From positions 201,697 to 265,696 of the forward strand of contig DATJXE010000003.1 in the NCBI GenBank assembly GCA_035500505.1: a stretch of DNA of 64,000 nucleotides, given 5' to 3'. Below the pieces are notes generated by a model. The model saw only the letters and a program-made list of their open reading frames with translations, was not told where the DNA came from and searched no databases. Below, piece by piece: positions 63,784-64,000 of this stretch. Made by a program: the position numbers and the translations under genes. Each line of letters opens with the position of its first letter. The first letter of the stretch is position 1. This DNA is from Minisyncoccota bacterium. Lineage in GTDB: Bacteria > Patescibacteriota > Minisyncoccia > Phycocordibacterales > UBA2100.

Positions 63784-64000
63784 GGACGCGCTCTTTGTCC
63801 GCTTGCGTCGTGTATTTAGTGAATCCCATTCGTCGCGGGATTGTAGCACGAAAAATCCAACGCCGCTACCGGGCGGAATGGACCCTATCGAGTGCCCAAG
63901 AACGAAAGGAGCCCGAGTAGAGCCGATTTTAGCGAGGAGAATAGTTGTTGGAAAGGAGAGTAGGACTGCGAGCCGAACGTGCTGCCCGAGACGGTACCGG

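Noticed and set aside
63830-64000. Possible tRNA/leader upstream of infC at the window edge
   Set aside because: No cloverleaf could be folded by eye. It is probably the infC promoter or thrS-proximal region, and it is truncated by the window end.

Overview
This 64-kb window looks like a compact, moderately GC-rich bacterial chromosome segment, possibly from a CPR/Patescibacteria-like lineage; that placement is inference only. The clues are that L30 is absent, there is a prepilin plus PilX-like pair, ComEC is split, many genes appear leaderless, and genes overlap by ATGA start/stop junctions.

**Core housekeeping genes.**
- Type IV pilin and a PilX-like protein sit at the 5' end, followed by tpiA-pgk, a HIT protein, recJ, a GT2 glycosyltransferase, rnhA, a split comEC, a Fe/Mn SOD, rpmB and an M50 protease.
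- The str operon runs rpsL-rpsG | DoxX | fusA | tuf.
- An unusually fragmented S10/spc ribosomal cluster follows: rpsJ alone; then rplC-rplD-rplW-rplB; then rpsS through rplE; then rpsN(Z)-rpsH-rplF-rplR-rpsE-rplO-secY-gmk-adk-map.
- The 3' end carries purD, a DHFR-family gene, a large TraD/HerA-like P-loop ATPase with a coupled membrane protein, ndk, a beta-CASP RNase, a LOG-like protein, a methyltransferase, and rplT-rpmI-infC on the minus strand.

**The main finding.** An accessory island of about 18.5 kb (20.1-38.6 kb) lies between tuf/rpsJ and rplC. Inside it is a minus-strand operon encoding a YcaO cyclodehydratase, a SagB-type dehydrogenase, a PRTase-PQQ beta-propeller fusion and an asparagine-synthetase-like PP-loop enzyme. 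A divergently transcribed Gly/Ser/Cys/Asp-rich small ORF resembles a microcin-B17-type precursor core. Nearby are two small Cys-containing secreted peptides, a second PP-loop ATPase with a CxxC motif, a cupin with a His-rich tail, and a P-loop protein. Together these make a candidate azol(in)e-forming RiPP locus of unusual composition.

**Other signals.**
- An extended -10 (TGCTACAAT/TATACT) recurs 6-7 nt before start codons.
- Hairpin plus U-tract leaders sit immediately before the fusA, rpsS, tuf, rplC and rpsL starts.
- Three 24-27 bp perfect inverted repeats lie just after stop codons, and two of them share a loop motif.
- A low-GC four-fold tandem-repeat secreted protein is present.
- Reverse-strand hypothetical genes, bracketed by bidirectional terminators, are wedged into the ribosomal cluster.

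No tRNA, rRNA, CRISPR array or transposase was found. Coordinates derived by hand may be off by 1-3 nt.
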